Shown: positions 10,159-20,740 of the stretch, one piece after another | How the letters are laid out: every line of letters starts with the position of its first letter | Numbering within the stretch: position 1 is the first letter of the stretch | Source: an uncultured delta proteobacterium | GTDB lineage: Bacteria > Desulfobacterota > Binatia > UBA9968 | NCBI GenBank assembly: GCA_963755715.1 | Contig: CAVWLW010000073.1 | Span: 1 to 64,000, forward strand | Length of the DNA stretch: 64,000 bases | Reading direction: 5' to 3' | Notes under the pieces: generated by a model | The model's database searches: none | What the model saw: the letters and a program-made list of their open reading frames with translations, nothing else | Told to the model about the DNA's origin: nothing | Position numbers and translations under genes: made by a program

Positions 10159-11151
10159 ATGATGCAACGAATTTTCGCGATCGTTTTTCTTGGCGTGCTG
10201 GCGCTGTCTGCCACCGCGGTTTCCGCGCAAGAAGGGCGCAGGTTGAGAGCCGGTTACGCTTCGCTTTCCGGTAATATTACGCCGCTCTGGGCGGCGCGCG
10301 AAGCCGGCTTGTTCAAGAAGTATGGGATCGATATCGATCTCATCGCCTTCCCGAGCGGCACGGAGGGGATGGCGGCAATGATCGCCGGCGAAATCGAGTT
10401 TCTCGCCATTGCCGGCAGCACGACCGCCAGCGCCGCCATCGGCGGCGCCGATGTATTGAGCATGGCTTTGATCAACGATCGTTTATTAACCAGCCTGGTG
10501 GTCGGTCCGGCGATTCAGAAACCGGAAGATCTCAAAGGCAAATCCGTCGGCATCAGCCGCTTCGGCACATCGGTCGATACGGCAGCGCGCATCGCGATCC
10601 AACATTATGGGTGGGAACCGATCAAGGATGTCTCTTTGGTGCAAGTCGGCGCCGTGTCGTCGGCGGTTGCGGCGCTGCGCGGCGGTCGTATTCAGGCCGC
10701 AATTCTTTCCTACCCGACGATCATTCAGGCGCGTCGCGAAGGCTTTCGCGAGATGTTGGACATCGCCTCGCTCGGCACGCCTTATGCCGCTAACGGAATT
10801 ACGCTGCGGCGTAGCTTCATGCAGCAGCGCCGCGAGACCGCGACGAATTTTTTAAAAGCGTTTCTGGAAGCGATCGCGCGGGCAAAAAAAGACAAACCGT
10901 TCGCGCTGGAAGTAATGGGGAAGTATCTGCGCACCAAGGACCGCGAGCTGCTCGACGAAACTTACGAGTTTGCCGTCGGCAAATACTTAAAGTCGCGTCC
11001 TTACCCGACCGCAGAAGCCTTTCGTTCGGTCGTCAACGAACTGGCGCAAGTCAATCCGAAAGCCAAAGGCCAGGATCCGAAAAGATTTTACGACGACACG
11101 ATCTTGCAGGAATTGGACAAAAGCGGGTTCATCAACGGACTTTACCGCTAG
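10159..11151 (+). CDS. ABC substrate-binding protein, NitT/TauT family (tandem paralog of the previous gene)
   Basis: GLFKKYGIDID, LKGKSVGISRFG; shared NPKAKGQDPKRF.DD...SGFI..LYR tail. Confidence 0.88.
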   Translation: MMQRIFAIVFLGVLALSATAVSAQEGRRLRAGYASLSGNITPLWAAREAGLFKKYGIDIDLIAFPSGTEGMAAMIAGEIEFLAIAGSTTASAAIGGADVLSMALINDRLLTSLVVGPAIQKPEDLKGKSVGISRFGTSVDTAARIAIQHYGWEPIKDVSLVQVGAVSSAVAALRGGRIQAAILSYPTIIQARREGFREMLDIASLGTPYAANGITLRRSFMQQRRETATNFLKAFLEAIARAKKDKPFALEVMGKYLRTKDRELLDETYEFAVGKYLKSRPYPTAEAFRSVVNELAQVNPKAKGQDPKRFYDDTILQELDKSGFINGLYR

Positions 11152-11231
11152 GCGGGCGAAATACACTTCGGCGCGTTAGAATACGTGGCAACTGAAATAC
11201 GCTGCGCGGCACGGCTTCGCGAAAGCTTGTT

Positions 11232-12539
11232 TCAAGTCGGATCGACACCGACGGTTTCGCCCGCCGGCGTTGGTTCGATGATGATGCCACGCGCGACCAG
11301 GATCGGGCGCGCGGCTTCGCGTATGCGTGGCAATTGCGTGAGAAAAAGTAAACCGGCCAGCGCGCAGCCGATGCCGCCCACCGCGACAACCAAAGGAGCA
11401 CCGACGCGATCGGCGAACCAACCCGCTAACAGGCTGCCGAAAGGCGCCATGCCGACAAGCATCATCGAAAAAAGACTCATCACTCGACCGCGCATGGCGT
11501 CGTCGGCGAGGGTTTGCAACGCGGTATTGCTGGCAGCGATCAACACCATCCAGCCCATCCCGACGCCGGCGAGGAGTAAAAGCGACAGCCAAAATATTTT
11601 TGACAAAGTAAAAGCGATCAAGGCCACGCCGAACCCCAAAGTCGCGACCGCGATCACTCGACCAAGGCCGATAACAGACTTGCGCCACGCCAGCGAAAGT
11701 GCGCCGATCAGCGCGCCCAAGCCGACCGCGCCCATCATCAAGCCGAGAGCATCCGCGCCGCTTTTATGGATGTCCGCGGCAAAAACCGGCATCAGCGTGA
11801 TGTAAGGCATGCCCATGACGCCGACGACGCCAAGCAGTAACAAAACATCGCGAATCGGCGCTGTCGCAAACGTATAGCGAATCCCCGCGGTGAGCGAGCG
11901 GGCCAGCGACAGATGTCTAGTCGCACTCTCGCTTTGGCGCGGTAGTTTCATGGCCAACAGCGCGACGATAACAGCCAGATAACTGATCGCGTTGATCAAA
12001 AAACACGCGCCCTCGCCGAGCTTGGCGACGACGATGCCAGCAACGCCCGGGCCGATGATGCGCGCGGCATTGATCATCGAAGAGTTTAGTGCCACCGCAT
12101 TCGGCAAATCCTCGACGGCCACGAGTTTATGCACCAACGCTTGGCGCGCGGGCATGTCGAAGGCATTCACGGTGCCCAAGACCAGGCCCAGAATAATGAT
12201 GTGAACCGGCTGAACCCACCCCGAGAGCGTGAGCGCCGATAAGATGATCGCCTGCACGAGCGCGGCGCTTTGCGTCCAAACCGCGACACGGTGGGAAGAG
12301 TAGCGATCGCTAACGACACCGCCGATGGCGCCCAGTCCGAACACCGGGATCTGCGTGGCGAAGCCGACGACTCCGAGCAATGTGGCCGAGCCCGTGAGGC
12401 GATAGATGAGCCAGCTTTGCGCTACTTGCTGCATCCACGTGCCACACACAGAGATCAACTGCCCGGCAAGGTAGAGCCGATAATTGCGATGGCGTAGGGA
12501 GCGCCAAAGCGGCGATCCGACAAAAAGTGGCCGATGCAT
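11232..12539 (-). CDS. MFS transporter (MFS_3/H+ antiporter-like)
   Basis: SLRHRNYRLY.AGQLIS..GTWMQ, NAFDMPARQ, RGRVMSLF; ~12 TM. Confidence 0.9.
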   Translation of the reverse strand: MHRPLFVGSPLWRSLRHRNYRLYLAGQLISVCGTWMQQVAQSWLIYRLTGSATLLGVVGFATQIPVFGLGAIGGVVSDRYSSHRVAVWTQSAALVQAIILSALTLSGWVQPVHIIILGLVLGTVNAFDMPARQALVHKLVAVEDLPNAVALNSSMINAARIIGPGVAGIVVAKLGEGACFLINAISYLAVIVALLAMKLPRQSESATRHLSLARSLTAGIRYTFATAPIRDVLLLLGVVGVMGMPYITLMPVFAADIHKSGADALGLMMGAVGLGALIGALSLAWRKSVIGLGRVIAVATLGFGVALIAFTLSKIFWLSLLLLAGVGMGWMVLIAASNTALQTLADDAMRGRVMSLFSMMLVGMAPFGSLLAGWFADRVGAPLVVAVGGIGCALAGLLFLTQLPRIREAARPILVARGIIIEPTPAGETVGVDPT

Positions 12540-12722
12540 AAAGAGAAATCTAGCGCGGCATGACCGTCATGGCCTGCGTTGCGGATGTATCGATTATCCC
12601 ACGCGCAACGCCGAAAGCGAAGCACGCGGCGTCCGGCAGCCGAAAAAAGTTTTAAGAAAAGATTTTACGACGTCGGATTGAACGAGGGCAATTTATGAAA
12701 GTGTGAACAACGCTGGCGAGAA

Positions 12723-13613
12723 TTAGTTCAATGCCGGCAAATTATCGACCTTGGCGATCTGCAGCGAATCTCTTTTACCGCCTCTCATGCGGGTCATTTT
12801 CGCATCTGCCTCGTGCATGAGCTCGGCGAGAGTTCGCGGCGCCTTGGTGCAGGCAATCGCGCTGATAAAAAAGGTCAATGGCTGAGAAAGTTTGCGCCGC
12901 TCGTCGTTCAAAGCATTATGAAGCCGTTGTAGAATCAGATTGGCCGCATCCGATGCGACGTTCGGCAATAAGATAGCGAACGACGTGCCACCCATGCGCC
13001 CCACTAACTCGGACCGCGGCACATGTTGTTTTATAGTATGAGCAATCGTGCATATCATCTGGTCGCCCATCGGGTAACCGAATCGATGATTGATCCACTT
13101 GAAGCCGCTGATATCGACAAAGGCTAAGGTCATGGGTTCCAAGCCGAAGGCGCGATCCATCTCTTTTGCGGTCAGTTGATAAAAGGCATGGCCGTTGGGC
13201 AGACCGGTAAGAAAGTCGTGGCTCGCCAGTTTCAACAGCTCGTTAAGCTTGGCGCGAAGTTGAGCTTGCGTGATCGCAAAAAGGATGAACACGCTCGTGC
13301 GCATCAGCAGATTCCAGTAGGCGATCCAAACTGAAGAATAGAAACGGCCGCCGATGGCATCGATGGCGAACCAGACCAGCGAACCGAAAACAGCCAAATA
13401 GACTCCGGCTTCTCTAGAAACAAACCAGCTACCAATAAAGATCGGAACTAAGTAAAGGAGTAGAAAATGAATCTCGGTTCCTGTCCTGAAGTCGAAAATG
13501 CCCAGAAGGATCGTTAACGAAACGGCGTAAACGATCAGGGTTTTTTGCGATCGCCGTTCGAGAAATTTCGTAAGTGTTTGAATCAACCGAAAACCACCAA
13601 GTCGATCTTTCAT
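12723..13613 (-). CDS. Membrane-anchored degenerate GGDEF-domain protein
   Basis: 4 TM N-terminus; HDFLTGLPN, GRMGGTSF in place of GGDEF. Confidence 0.85.
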   Translation of the reverse strand: MKDRLGGFRLIQTLTKFLERRSQKTLIVYAVSLTILLGIFDFRTGTEIHFLLLYLVPIFIGSWFVSREAGVYLAVFGSLVWFAIDAIGGRFYSSVWIAYWNLLMRTSVFILFAITQAQLRAKLNELLKLASHDFLTGLPNGHAFYQLTAKEMDRAFGLEPMTLAFVDISGFKWINHRFGYPMGDQMICTIAHTIKQHVPRSELVGRMGGTSFAILLPNVASDAANLILQRLHNALNDERRKLSQPLTFFISAIACTKAPRTLAELMHEADAKMTRMRGGKRDSLQIAKVDNLPALN

Positions 13614-13883
13614 AGCGCGGCATTCTAGGTAAGGCTGGCCTTGCCGTCAAATAGAATCCTTCTATGACGGCCATAGAGCTCCTCTAATTCTCCCGCCGCC
13701 TCATAGTCGACGCGGGGGTTTCTCGACAGCGGTTGTCCGGCTCGGAGTAATTCACGAGCTATTTTTTTGTTGTTTGCCCAGGTGAAACTTGCTTTAATCG
13801 TGCCGGCATTGCCGCGAGCATAGACTAGACTGTCGGCCTGGCAACGAATTCGCCGCTCATTTTTTCACTGAGGAGGAGACCTT

Positions 13884-14915
13884 ATGTTTCGGATCAGCCG
13901 CCTTTGGTTGTTGATGCTGGGATTCGTATTCATTTGTGCCGCCCCGTCAGCGTTGGCGTTCGCTCAGGACAATTTTTACAGAGGGAAAACCATTCGGCTC
14001 GTTGTCGGGTTGGCGCCGGGCGGCGGCTTCGACACTTATTCGCGCGTGATTGCCCGGCACATCGGCAAGCATATTTCCGGCAATCCCACCACGATCGTCG
14101 ACAACATGCCCGGGGCAGCGAGCCTGCTCGCGGCGAATTACGTGTATAAAGCCGCCAAACCGGACGGCCTGACTATCGGCAACTTTGTCGGCGGACTGTC
14201 TTTTCAGCAAATGCTCGGATTGCCGGGCGTCGAGTTCGACGCGCTGAAGTTTGAATTTCTCGGCGTGCCGGCGACCGACAACTTCATGATCGGCGTGGCG
14301 AAGTCCACGGGAATCACCAGCGTCGAACAGTGGAAGGCTTCGGGTACGATAATCAAGATCGGCGGCGTCGCGCCGGGCGGCGGCACCGACGACATTCCCA
14401 AAGTCTTGAAAGCGACGCTCGGTCTGCCGCTCCAGCTGGTATCGGGTTACAAGGGCACCGGTCCGGTGCGCCTCGCGTTCAACGCCGGCGAAGTGCAAGG
14501 CGCGTGCAATTCTTGGGAATCGTTTAAAGCGACTTGGCGCGCGGAAATGGAAAAAGGCGAGGTTGTGCTGTTGGTTCAAGGAAACCTGAAGCCCCATCCC
14601 GAAGTTCCCAACGTTCCCTGGGCGATCGATCTGGCAAAAACCGAAGACGCCAAAAAAATGATTCTCACTTCGGCCCGGGTCAACGGCGTGCTCAATCGTT
14701 TTTACGTTTTACCACCCGGCACGCCGAAAGAGCGTGTGAATTTGTTGCGTAAGGCCTTCATGGACACGATGAAAGATCCGGAGTTTTTGGCTGACACGCA
14801 AAAAGCGAAGCTCGATCTCGACCCGATCGACGGCGCGGAGATCGAAAAACAAGTCAAGGAACTTTTCAAGTTGGAGCCCGCGTTGGTGAGCAGGATGAAG
14901 GAAATCCTGAAATAA
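13884..14915 (+). CDS. Tripartite tricarboxylate transporter substrate-binding protein (TctC/Bug family)
   Basis: FYRGKTIRLVVGLAPGGGFD, NMPGA, GYKG, PPGTP. Confidence 0.9.
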   Translation: MFRISRLWLLMLGFVFICAAPSALAFAQDNFYRGKTIRLVVGLAPGGGFDTYSRVIARHIGKHISGNPTTIVDNMPGAASLLAANYVYKAAKPDGLTIGNFVGGLSFQQMLGLPGVEFDALKFEFLGVPATDNFMIGVAKSTGITSVEQWKASGTIIKIGGVAPGGGTDDIPKVLKATLGLPLQLVSGYKGTGPVRLAFNAGEVQGACNSWESFKATWRAEMEKGEVVLLVQGNLKPHPEVPNVPWAIDLAKTEDAKKMILTSARVNGVLNRFYVLPPGTPKERVNLLRKAFMDTMKDPEFLADTQKAKLDLDPIDGAEIEKQVKELFKLEPALVSRMKEILK

Positions 14916-14977
14916 CTTTGAATCCAGCGTCTGGGATTTGTCGAACCGATCGGGGACGATGATTCGGTGTCGTCGCC

Positions 14978-16018
14978 TCAGCGTATCTGAAAAATTTCTT
15001 TCCACAACTTTTCGTATTTGGGAAACTCTTTGACGTCATCTTGGCCGAGCATATATGCGGCCGCGGGCCGCACTTTCTCTAAAGGCTCGACGTTGGGATG
15101 AGCGGGTGTTTCCCCCGCTTGCGCATAAACTCTTTGTCCCTCTTCACTGCCAACCCAGCGCGCCCAAAGCAGCGCCGTGTTCGGGTGCGGTGCGCCTTTG
15201 ATTATGCCAACGCTGCCGCCGATCTCACCGACGCCTTCGGTCAGCAATGGCTGGATAGGCGCGCCTTTTTTCACACGAGGCGGAAACTGATGCGCATAAC
15301 AGGTAAAACAGACGGGCCGTTGCCCCGCGACAAGAAACTCGATCAGTTGCGAGTGGCCGCGGTGAAACTCAACTTGATTGAGAGCGATGCGCTTTATCAA
15401 ATCGATCGCTTTTTCATCATTTTTGTATTTTGCTTTGGCAAAACCCAGCAATAACTGGAAGTCGCGCGATTCGCCCATCAGAGCGCCCTTCCACTTCGGG
15501 TTGGCAAGATCTTCGAAACCTTTGGGCTCTTCGCCTTTTTTGACGAGGTTGGTGTTCCAACCAATGATGAAATACTGCGTGTCCGTGGCGAGCCAAAATT
15601 CATTCTTCAGATGAGCGGGATAGGCGGCGGCCTCGGGAATCGTCAGCGGCGCCAGCAGTTTTTGCTCCGCCATCTGCGCGATGTAAGACAAACCGCCACC
15701 AAATACATCGGCAATGACTCGGCCGCCACGGCCTTCGGCAACGATGCGCGCGATCAGTTTGTCACCGGTTGCGTCGGTGTGGTCTACGGTTACTCCAGGA
15801 AAGCGTTTTTGAAACGCCGGCAGGATGACGTCGATCGAATTTCCGGAAAGAGACGCGTAAAGGTTTAACTTGCCGCCTTCCTTTTTTGTTTTTTCATGGA
15901 GCTCATCGAGAGATTCGCCTTTGGTCGGCGTGCTGGCCGCGTATGCATGAGACGCTATCTCAGCGGTCGAGATTAGAAAAAATCCTATCAGAAAATAAAG
16001 CGCGGCTTTGGTTTGCAT
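14978..16018 (-). CDS. ABC extracellular solute-binding protein (AfuA/iron-thiamine-like)
   Basis: Signal peptide, WNTNLV, DLANPKWKG, APHPNTALLW. Confidence 0.85.
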   Translation of the reverse strand: MQTKAALYFLIGFFLISTAEIASHAYAASTPTKGESLDELHEKTKKEGGKLNLYASLSGNSIDVILPAFQKRFPGVTVDHTDATGDKLIARIVAEGRGGRVIADVFGGGLSYIAQMAEQKLLAPLTIPEAAAYPAHLKNEFWLATDTQYFIIGWNTNLVKKGEEPKGFEDLANPKWKGALMGESRDFQLLLGFAKAKYKNDEKAIDLIKRIALNQVEFHRGHSQLIEFLVAGQRPVCFTCYAHQFPPRVKKGAPIQPLLTEGVGEIGGSVGIIKGAPHPNTALLWARWVGSEEGQRVYAQAGETPAHPNVEPLEKVRPAAAYMLGQDDVKEFPKYEKLWKEIFQIR

Positions 16019-16104
16019 GGGATCTCCTTGATGATGTCGCCGTCGCGTGCATCTTTGAAAAGGCGTTGCCGATGCACAGATATGCCAGAGTGCTTACTCG
16101 CTGT

Positions 16105-17118
16105 CTAGCGAAACGCCGGCATGACTTCTCTGGCGAACAAACGCATGGATTTCATGATTTCGGCGTGCGGGATAGCGCCGAAATTGAAAGTGGTCGTCAG
16201 GGTATCGAAATAGTAATTCTTCATCGCGTTGCGGATATTCCGAATGCACTGTTCCGGATTGCCGTAGTTGTTCCGCCCGGTGGCAAGCATCATCTCCCAA
16301 TCGTATTCGGCGGGCGCCGCGCTAAGCGACCGTCGCCCAATGCGAGAAATCTCGTCGTAGCGCTTGACCGCCGCCATGCCGGTCAACTTGGCCTGCTCCG
16401 AGTCTTCGTGCACATGAGTGCGCACGTGAAATTGGCAGTGCTTGTTGCTTGGATCGAAGCCGGCTTCGATCAGCCCTCGCTTCCATGCCTCGACGCCGAG
16501 ACAGACTTTTTCCGGCGGATGCGGATGGCCCACGGTCATGATGTGATAACCTTGGCGCCCGGCCCACCCTAAACCTTCCGCGGAAGTGCCGGCGACCCAA
16601 ATCGGCGGATGAGGCTGTTGCATCGGTCGGGGATAAAGCGTGAGCTCATCGAAACGCCAAAATTCACCCCTGTGGCTCGCGTGATCCTGGCCCCATGCTT
16701 TAAGAACTATCTCCAACGCTTCGTGCAGGCGTTGCCGATCGTTCTCCCTGGTGACCCCGAAAACCTTGTAGTCCATCTCCGTGTTGCCCGAGCCAATGCC
16801 GAACTCAAGCCTACCGCCGGAGATCGCGTCGACCATCGCGTAATCTTCGGCGCTGTGGAGAGGATGGCGCAATGGCAAGATCGCAATGCACGGACCGAGA
16901 TGAATTTTCGAAGTGCGCGCGGCGGCTGCGGCAAGCAACACTGCAGGGTTGGCGATCGGCCCGCCATAGCCGAGAAAATGGTGCTCGTTGAACATGAAAC
17001 ATTCCCAGCCCAGCTCTTCAGCCAGCGCCACCTGTTCAAGAATTTGCTCGTAGTAGACTTTGTACGGTGGATCGATGTCCGGAAAGTAGGTCGCGAGGAT
17101 GTTGATGTAAAATCGCAT
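16105..17118 (-). CDS. LLM-class flavin-dependent oxidoreductase
   Basis: NEHHF, AEDYAMVDAISGGRLEFGIG, QQPHPPIWVA. Confidence 0.92.
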   Translation of the reverse strand: MRFYINILATYFPDIDPPYKVYYEQILEQVALAEELGWECFMFNEHHFLGYGGPIANPAVLLAAAAARTSKIHLGPCIAILPLRHPLHSAEDYAMVDAISGGRLEFGIGSGNTEMDYKVFGVTRENDRQRLHEALEIVLKAWGQDHASHRGEFWRFDELTLYPRPMQQPHPPIWVAGTSAEGLGWAGRQGYHIMTVGHPHPPEKVCLGVEAWKRGLIEAGFDPSNKHCQFHVRTHVHEDSEQAKLTGMAAVKRYDEISRIGRRSLSAAPAEYDWEMMLATGRNNYGNPEQCIRNIRNAMKNYYFDTLTTTFNFGAIPHAEIMKSMRLFAREVMPAFR

Positions 17119-17149
17119 GCTGCCGCTTCAACTCATTGCGAATTGTATT

Positions 17150-18250
17150 CTAGAGCGCGTACAGAGCGCGCGCGTTGTCGCTCAAAATCTTTTGTTTGAC
17201 GTCGGCAGAAAGGTCGGCTCGATCCCTGAACACCTTGATCGCGTCGACGTCGCTGGAAGTATCGGTGTGGCCGTAATCGGTGCCGATCACGAGGCAGTCT
17301 TCACCGGCTTCGCGCACGATGTAAGCAATGTCGTCGGAGTTTTCACAAGTGACGTACATACCAAACTCGCGGATCGCGTTTGCCGGCCACTTTCTACCGA
17401 GCGTTTTGAAGCGATTCCTTGCTTCATGCATCACCCAAGGCAGCCACTGCGCGCTGGCTTCGATGAAGCCAAAACGGAGCTTGGGAAAAACATCGTGGAT
17501 CTCGCTCATGATGATGTCGTTGAACGCGCCGACGGTAGGAATGCGAAAGCGGTGAAAGGTCGACGCGATGCGCACCGGGTGGTTATACAAATCGGTGAGC
17601 CAAGGATTGCCATTGGCAATGTGAATGGCGATCGCGAGATCCAGTTTCTGAGCTTCGTCATAAATCGGATAAAAGTACGGATCGGCAAGCAAACGCTGAC
17701 CTTCGATCGGCCGCATCAAGACCGCGCAGGCGCCGTTTTCCTTGGACCAGCGAATCTGATCGAGAGCATCGGTCATGCTTAGAGTCGGCGCCATGCACGA
17801 CCAACGCAGCCGTCCTTTCCCTTGCTTCCAGATGTCGGCGAGCCAGCGATTCCAGCTCTTGCACAGCGCCACTTCCACCGCGGCGCGATCGGTGGCCGAT
17901 TCGATAAACATGGTGTTGTGCAACACTTGCACATCGACACCGATCTTATCCATGTGTTCGATCCGTAAATCGACGTTGCCCAGTTCGCGCGCCTCCTGCT
18001 CGTCGGCAAATTTACGGCCGACCTGCCGCGAGCGCCTTTCCAATTCCTCCGCGGAGAAGGCAGGAAAGCGAAATCCTCTCACCTTGCCGTCGATCACCCA
18101 GAACTGTAATCGAACGCCGGCCTCTTCGCGGGTCTCGAGCGAGATGGGACGATACTGGCGATCCGACGGGTCCATGAAGTCCCAAGTGTGCGCGCACTCA
18201 ACGACATGGGCATCGGCGTCGATCACTCGAGTATTCGTATCCGTGTTCAT
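17150..18250 (-). CDS. Amidohydrolase_2 family protein (ACMSD/LigW-like)
   Basis: IDADAHVVE, IAIHIA, IGTDYGH, ILSDNARALY. Confidence 0.88.
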   Translation of the reverse strand: MNTDTNTRVIDADAHVVECAHTWDFMDPSDRQYRPISLETREEAGVRLQFWVIDGKVRGFRFPAFSAEELERRSRQVGRKFADEQEARELGNVDLRIEHMDKIGVDVQVLHNTMFIESATDRAAVEVALCKSWNRWLADIWKQGKGRLRWSCMAPTLSMTDALDQIRWSKENGACAVLMRPIEGQRLLADPYFYPIYDEAQKLDLAIAIHIANGNPWLTDLYNHPVRIASTFHRFRIPTVGAFNDIIMSEIHDVFPKLRFGFIEASAQWLPWVMHEARNRFKTLGRKWPANAIREFGMYVTCENSDDIAYIVREAGEDCLVIGTDYGHTDTSSDVDAIKVFRDRADLSADVKQKILSDNARALYAL

Positions 18251-18397
18251 AAAATGATCCTCCTTCGCGCCGTCTCTCGTTTTAGTTGATATCCCGCGCT
18301 GGTGTCAATCAGCGCGTGCTGATCGTGCGTCATGCCGATTTTTTCATCGACGACGCTGGATATTTTGCCGGCTCTTGGACTAGATTAAGCGCTAAAG

Positions 18398-19270
18398 ATG
18401 CGCCCGGTTAAACGACCCAATCCGGATACGAGAAAACCCGTGCTCGTTGCGCCGCCGGGCGCGTGCGACACGCACCTTCATATTTACGGCCCGAGCGAAA
18501 TTTATCCGCTGAGCCCCGAGCGAAACTATACACCCGATCCACGCTCAACGCTGGAGGACTATTTAAAAGTTCACCACGCGCTCGGTTTGACACGCGCGGT
18601 CATCGTTACCGGCAGCGCCAACGGCACTGACAATCGGATTACCCTGGACGCATTGCAACACATGAAAGGAAATTTCAAAGGCCTCGCGCTGCTCGATCCG
18701 GCAATCACCGACGCCGAGTTATCGAAGCTGAAAGAAGGTGGCTTCACTGGTTTTCGTGTCAAAGCGAATGGCAGAGGCGGTTTGTCCTTCGAAGATACCA
18801 AGCGAATGATCGCGCGCACCGCGGGTTTCGGCTGGCACGTAGAATTCATGTCCCAATCGATGGCGGAAGTGATCGGTGCCGTGCCGTACTTGCATTCGCT
18901 CAAGGTGCCCTACGTTTTCGACCACGTCGCACACGCTGAGCCGCATCAAAATAAGAATGATCGCGAATTTGGCGAGCTGCTCGCTATTCTTAGAAATGAA
19001 GAGCATTCGTGGATCAACCTTTACAGTTTTTATCAATTGTCTGAAGCCGGGCCGCCGGATTACGCCGACATGATCGGTGTAATCCGTGAAATTATTGACG
19101 CTGCGCCGGATCGTGTCATCTGGGGCAGCAACTGGCCTCATGCGGGTGTCGCCGTACCCATGCCCAATGACGGCGATCTGCTCGATTTCCTTTTGACGGC
19201 CGCGCCCGACGAGTCCACACGCAACCGGATTCTCGTCGACAACCCGGCAAAACTCTACGGCTGGCCGTAA
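18398..19270 (+). CDS. Amidohydrolase, LigI/2-pyrone-4,6-dicarboxylate lactonase-like
   Basis: PPGACDTHLHIYG, FDHVA, IWGSNWPH, ILVDNPAKLYG. Confidence 0.85.
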   Translation: MRPVKRPNPDTRKPVLVAPPGACDTHLHIYGPSEIYPLSPERNYTPDPRSTLEDYLKVHHALGLTRAVIVTGSANGTDNRITLDALQHMKGNFKGLALLDPAITDAELSKLKEGGFTGFRVKANGRGGLSFEDTKRMIARTAGFGWHVEFMSQSMAEVIGAVPYLHSLKVPYVFDHVAHAEPHQNKNDREFGELLAILRNEEHSWINLYSFYQLSEAGPPDYADMIGVIREIIDAAPDRVIWGSNWPHAGVAVPMPNDGDLLDFLLTAAPDESTRNRILVDNPAKLYGWP

Positions 19271-19369
19271 ATCAAATATTCATCTTAAAATATGTTCCGA
19301 TGAAACCTATCGAGCGGCTTGAACTGTTAAAGATACCGCATGAATCCAACAAACCAGGAGGAATAAATT

Positions 19370-20095
19370 ATGTACGGTTGGCGCGCGCGCATCGGTCATG
19401 TCGCCCCCTCGCGCGGCGATACTTTGGTTTACGAGTTTTACCGCATGTTTCCCGAAGGCTTCATGATGCTCAATACCACGGGCACCGTGCGCCAGCTGGT
19501 CGATGACGATTTTGAAAAGCAGCTCCATCGAATCGAAGAAGCGGCGCAAGACCTGGTCGAAAACAACTGCGATTCGATTATCTTCAGCGGCTCGCCGCTC
19601 TTTACGCGCTTGCCGTTTGGCGCCGACCGCGAGCTTGGGCAAAAACTAAGCGATAAATTCGGCATCCCGGTGGCCGCGGGATTGACGGCGGAAGTCGAAG
19701 CTTTGAAGGCGATGAACTGCAAGAAGCTGGTCGTTGGCACGCCTTACCATGACGAGCTGAATCAGCGCTTGAAGCGCCACCTTGAAGCGTCCGGTTTCGA
19801 AGTCTTACAGATCGCCGGCTACGGCGTGCGCAAAAACGCCGAGCTTACGGATTTGCCGGTTCATGCTTCCTATAAAATAGCCAAACGTCTTTACGCCAAA
19901 GGGCGCGACGCGGACGGCATCTTCATCGCCTGTCCGCGCTGGCCGACGATCACCGACGTTCAATTGCTCGAAGACGAAATCGGCAAACCGGTCGTCACGA
20001 GCAGCTTGGCGTGTAGCTGGTACGCCATGAAACTGATCGACATTAAGGAACATGTAAAGGGATTTGGCCGCTTGATGGCAAGCCTGGGCAACTGA
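19370..20095 (+). CDS. Maleate isomerase/arylmalonate decarboxylase (Asp/Glu racemase) family protein
   Basis: YGWRARIG, GTPY, DGIFIAC, IGKPVVTS; only the second catalytic Cys is evident. Confidence 0.8.
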   Translation: MYGWRARIGHVAPSRGDTLVYEFYRMFPEGFMMLNTTGTVRQLVDDDFEKQLHRIEEAAQDLVENNCDSIIFSGSPLFTRLPFGADRELGQKLSDKFGIPVAAGLTAEVEALKAMNCKKLVVGTPYHDELNQRLKRHLEASGFEVLQIAGYGVRKNAELTDLPVHASYKIAKRLYAKGRDADGIFIACPRWPTITDVQLLEDEIGKPVVTSSLACSWYAMKLIDIKEHVKGFGRLMASLGN

Positions 20096-20191
20096 CGGGA
20101 AACCATTTTTCACGCCGCTTGCGCCGATTCTGTGTAGCGAGAGATCATTTCAAACGTCTAAGACACAGAACATCTCGCTCAGGAGGCGTCG

Positions 20192-20671
20192 ATGAATTGG
20201 ATCAAAGCGGTTTTGTTGACGGGAATATTGAGCAATCTGTTTTTGAGCGGAGCGCCGGCGGCTTTTGCGGCTGAAGGCGGGCGCGGCGACGCCTGCCGCC
20301 GTGGCGACCGTTTGCACATCGAAGATCTCGACATGTCGCCTGACCCGGTGGTCGAAGGCCAGCGCATTCGCGTCTGGAAGGTGCGCCTTCGTTTCGATGG
20401 GCAGCGCGAATGTGAAACCGATATCGTCATTCGCGAAGGCAGCAACGTCACTGGCAATATGCGCAATTATCGCCTTCGTCCCGGCGTGAATGCGATCGAG
20501 ATCCCAGCCAATGATGGCTTTCGCCTGCGCGGTCGCGAGCACTGTTTCAACGTGCAAGTCGATCTCGACGGCTCGCGCCAACCGGTCGACGCCGACCGCC
20601 GCTTTTGCGCCTCGCAGAGAACCATGTGGTCGATGCGCGAGTCCGACGATCGCTGGCGCTCGGATCGATAA
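20192..20671 (+). CDS. Secreted hypothetical protein, beta-rich, 4 Cys
   Basis: AGGAGG SD, signal peptide ending AFA. Confidence 0.7.
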   Translation: MNWIKAVLLTGILSNLFLSGAPAAFAAEGGRGDACRRGDRLHIEDLDMSPDPVVEGQRIRVWKVRLRFDGQRECETDIVIREGSNVTGNMRNYRLRPGVNAIEIPANDGFRLRGREHCFNVQVDLDGSRQPVDADRRFCASQRTMWSMRESDDRWRSDR

Positions 20672-20740
20672 AGACTATCACACTCCCCGAGGCTGCGGAG
20701 AATCTGCCGGGCCCAACGCGCCGAGCCGATTGCCGCAGCC

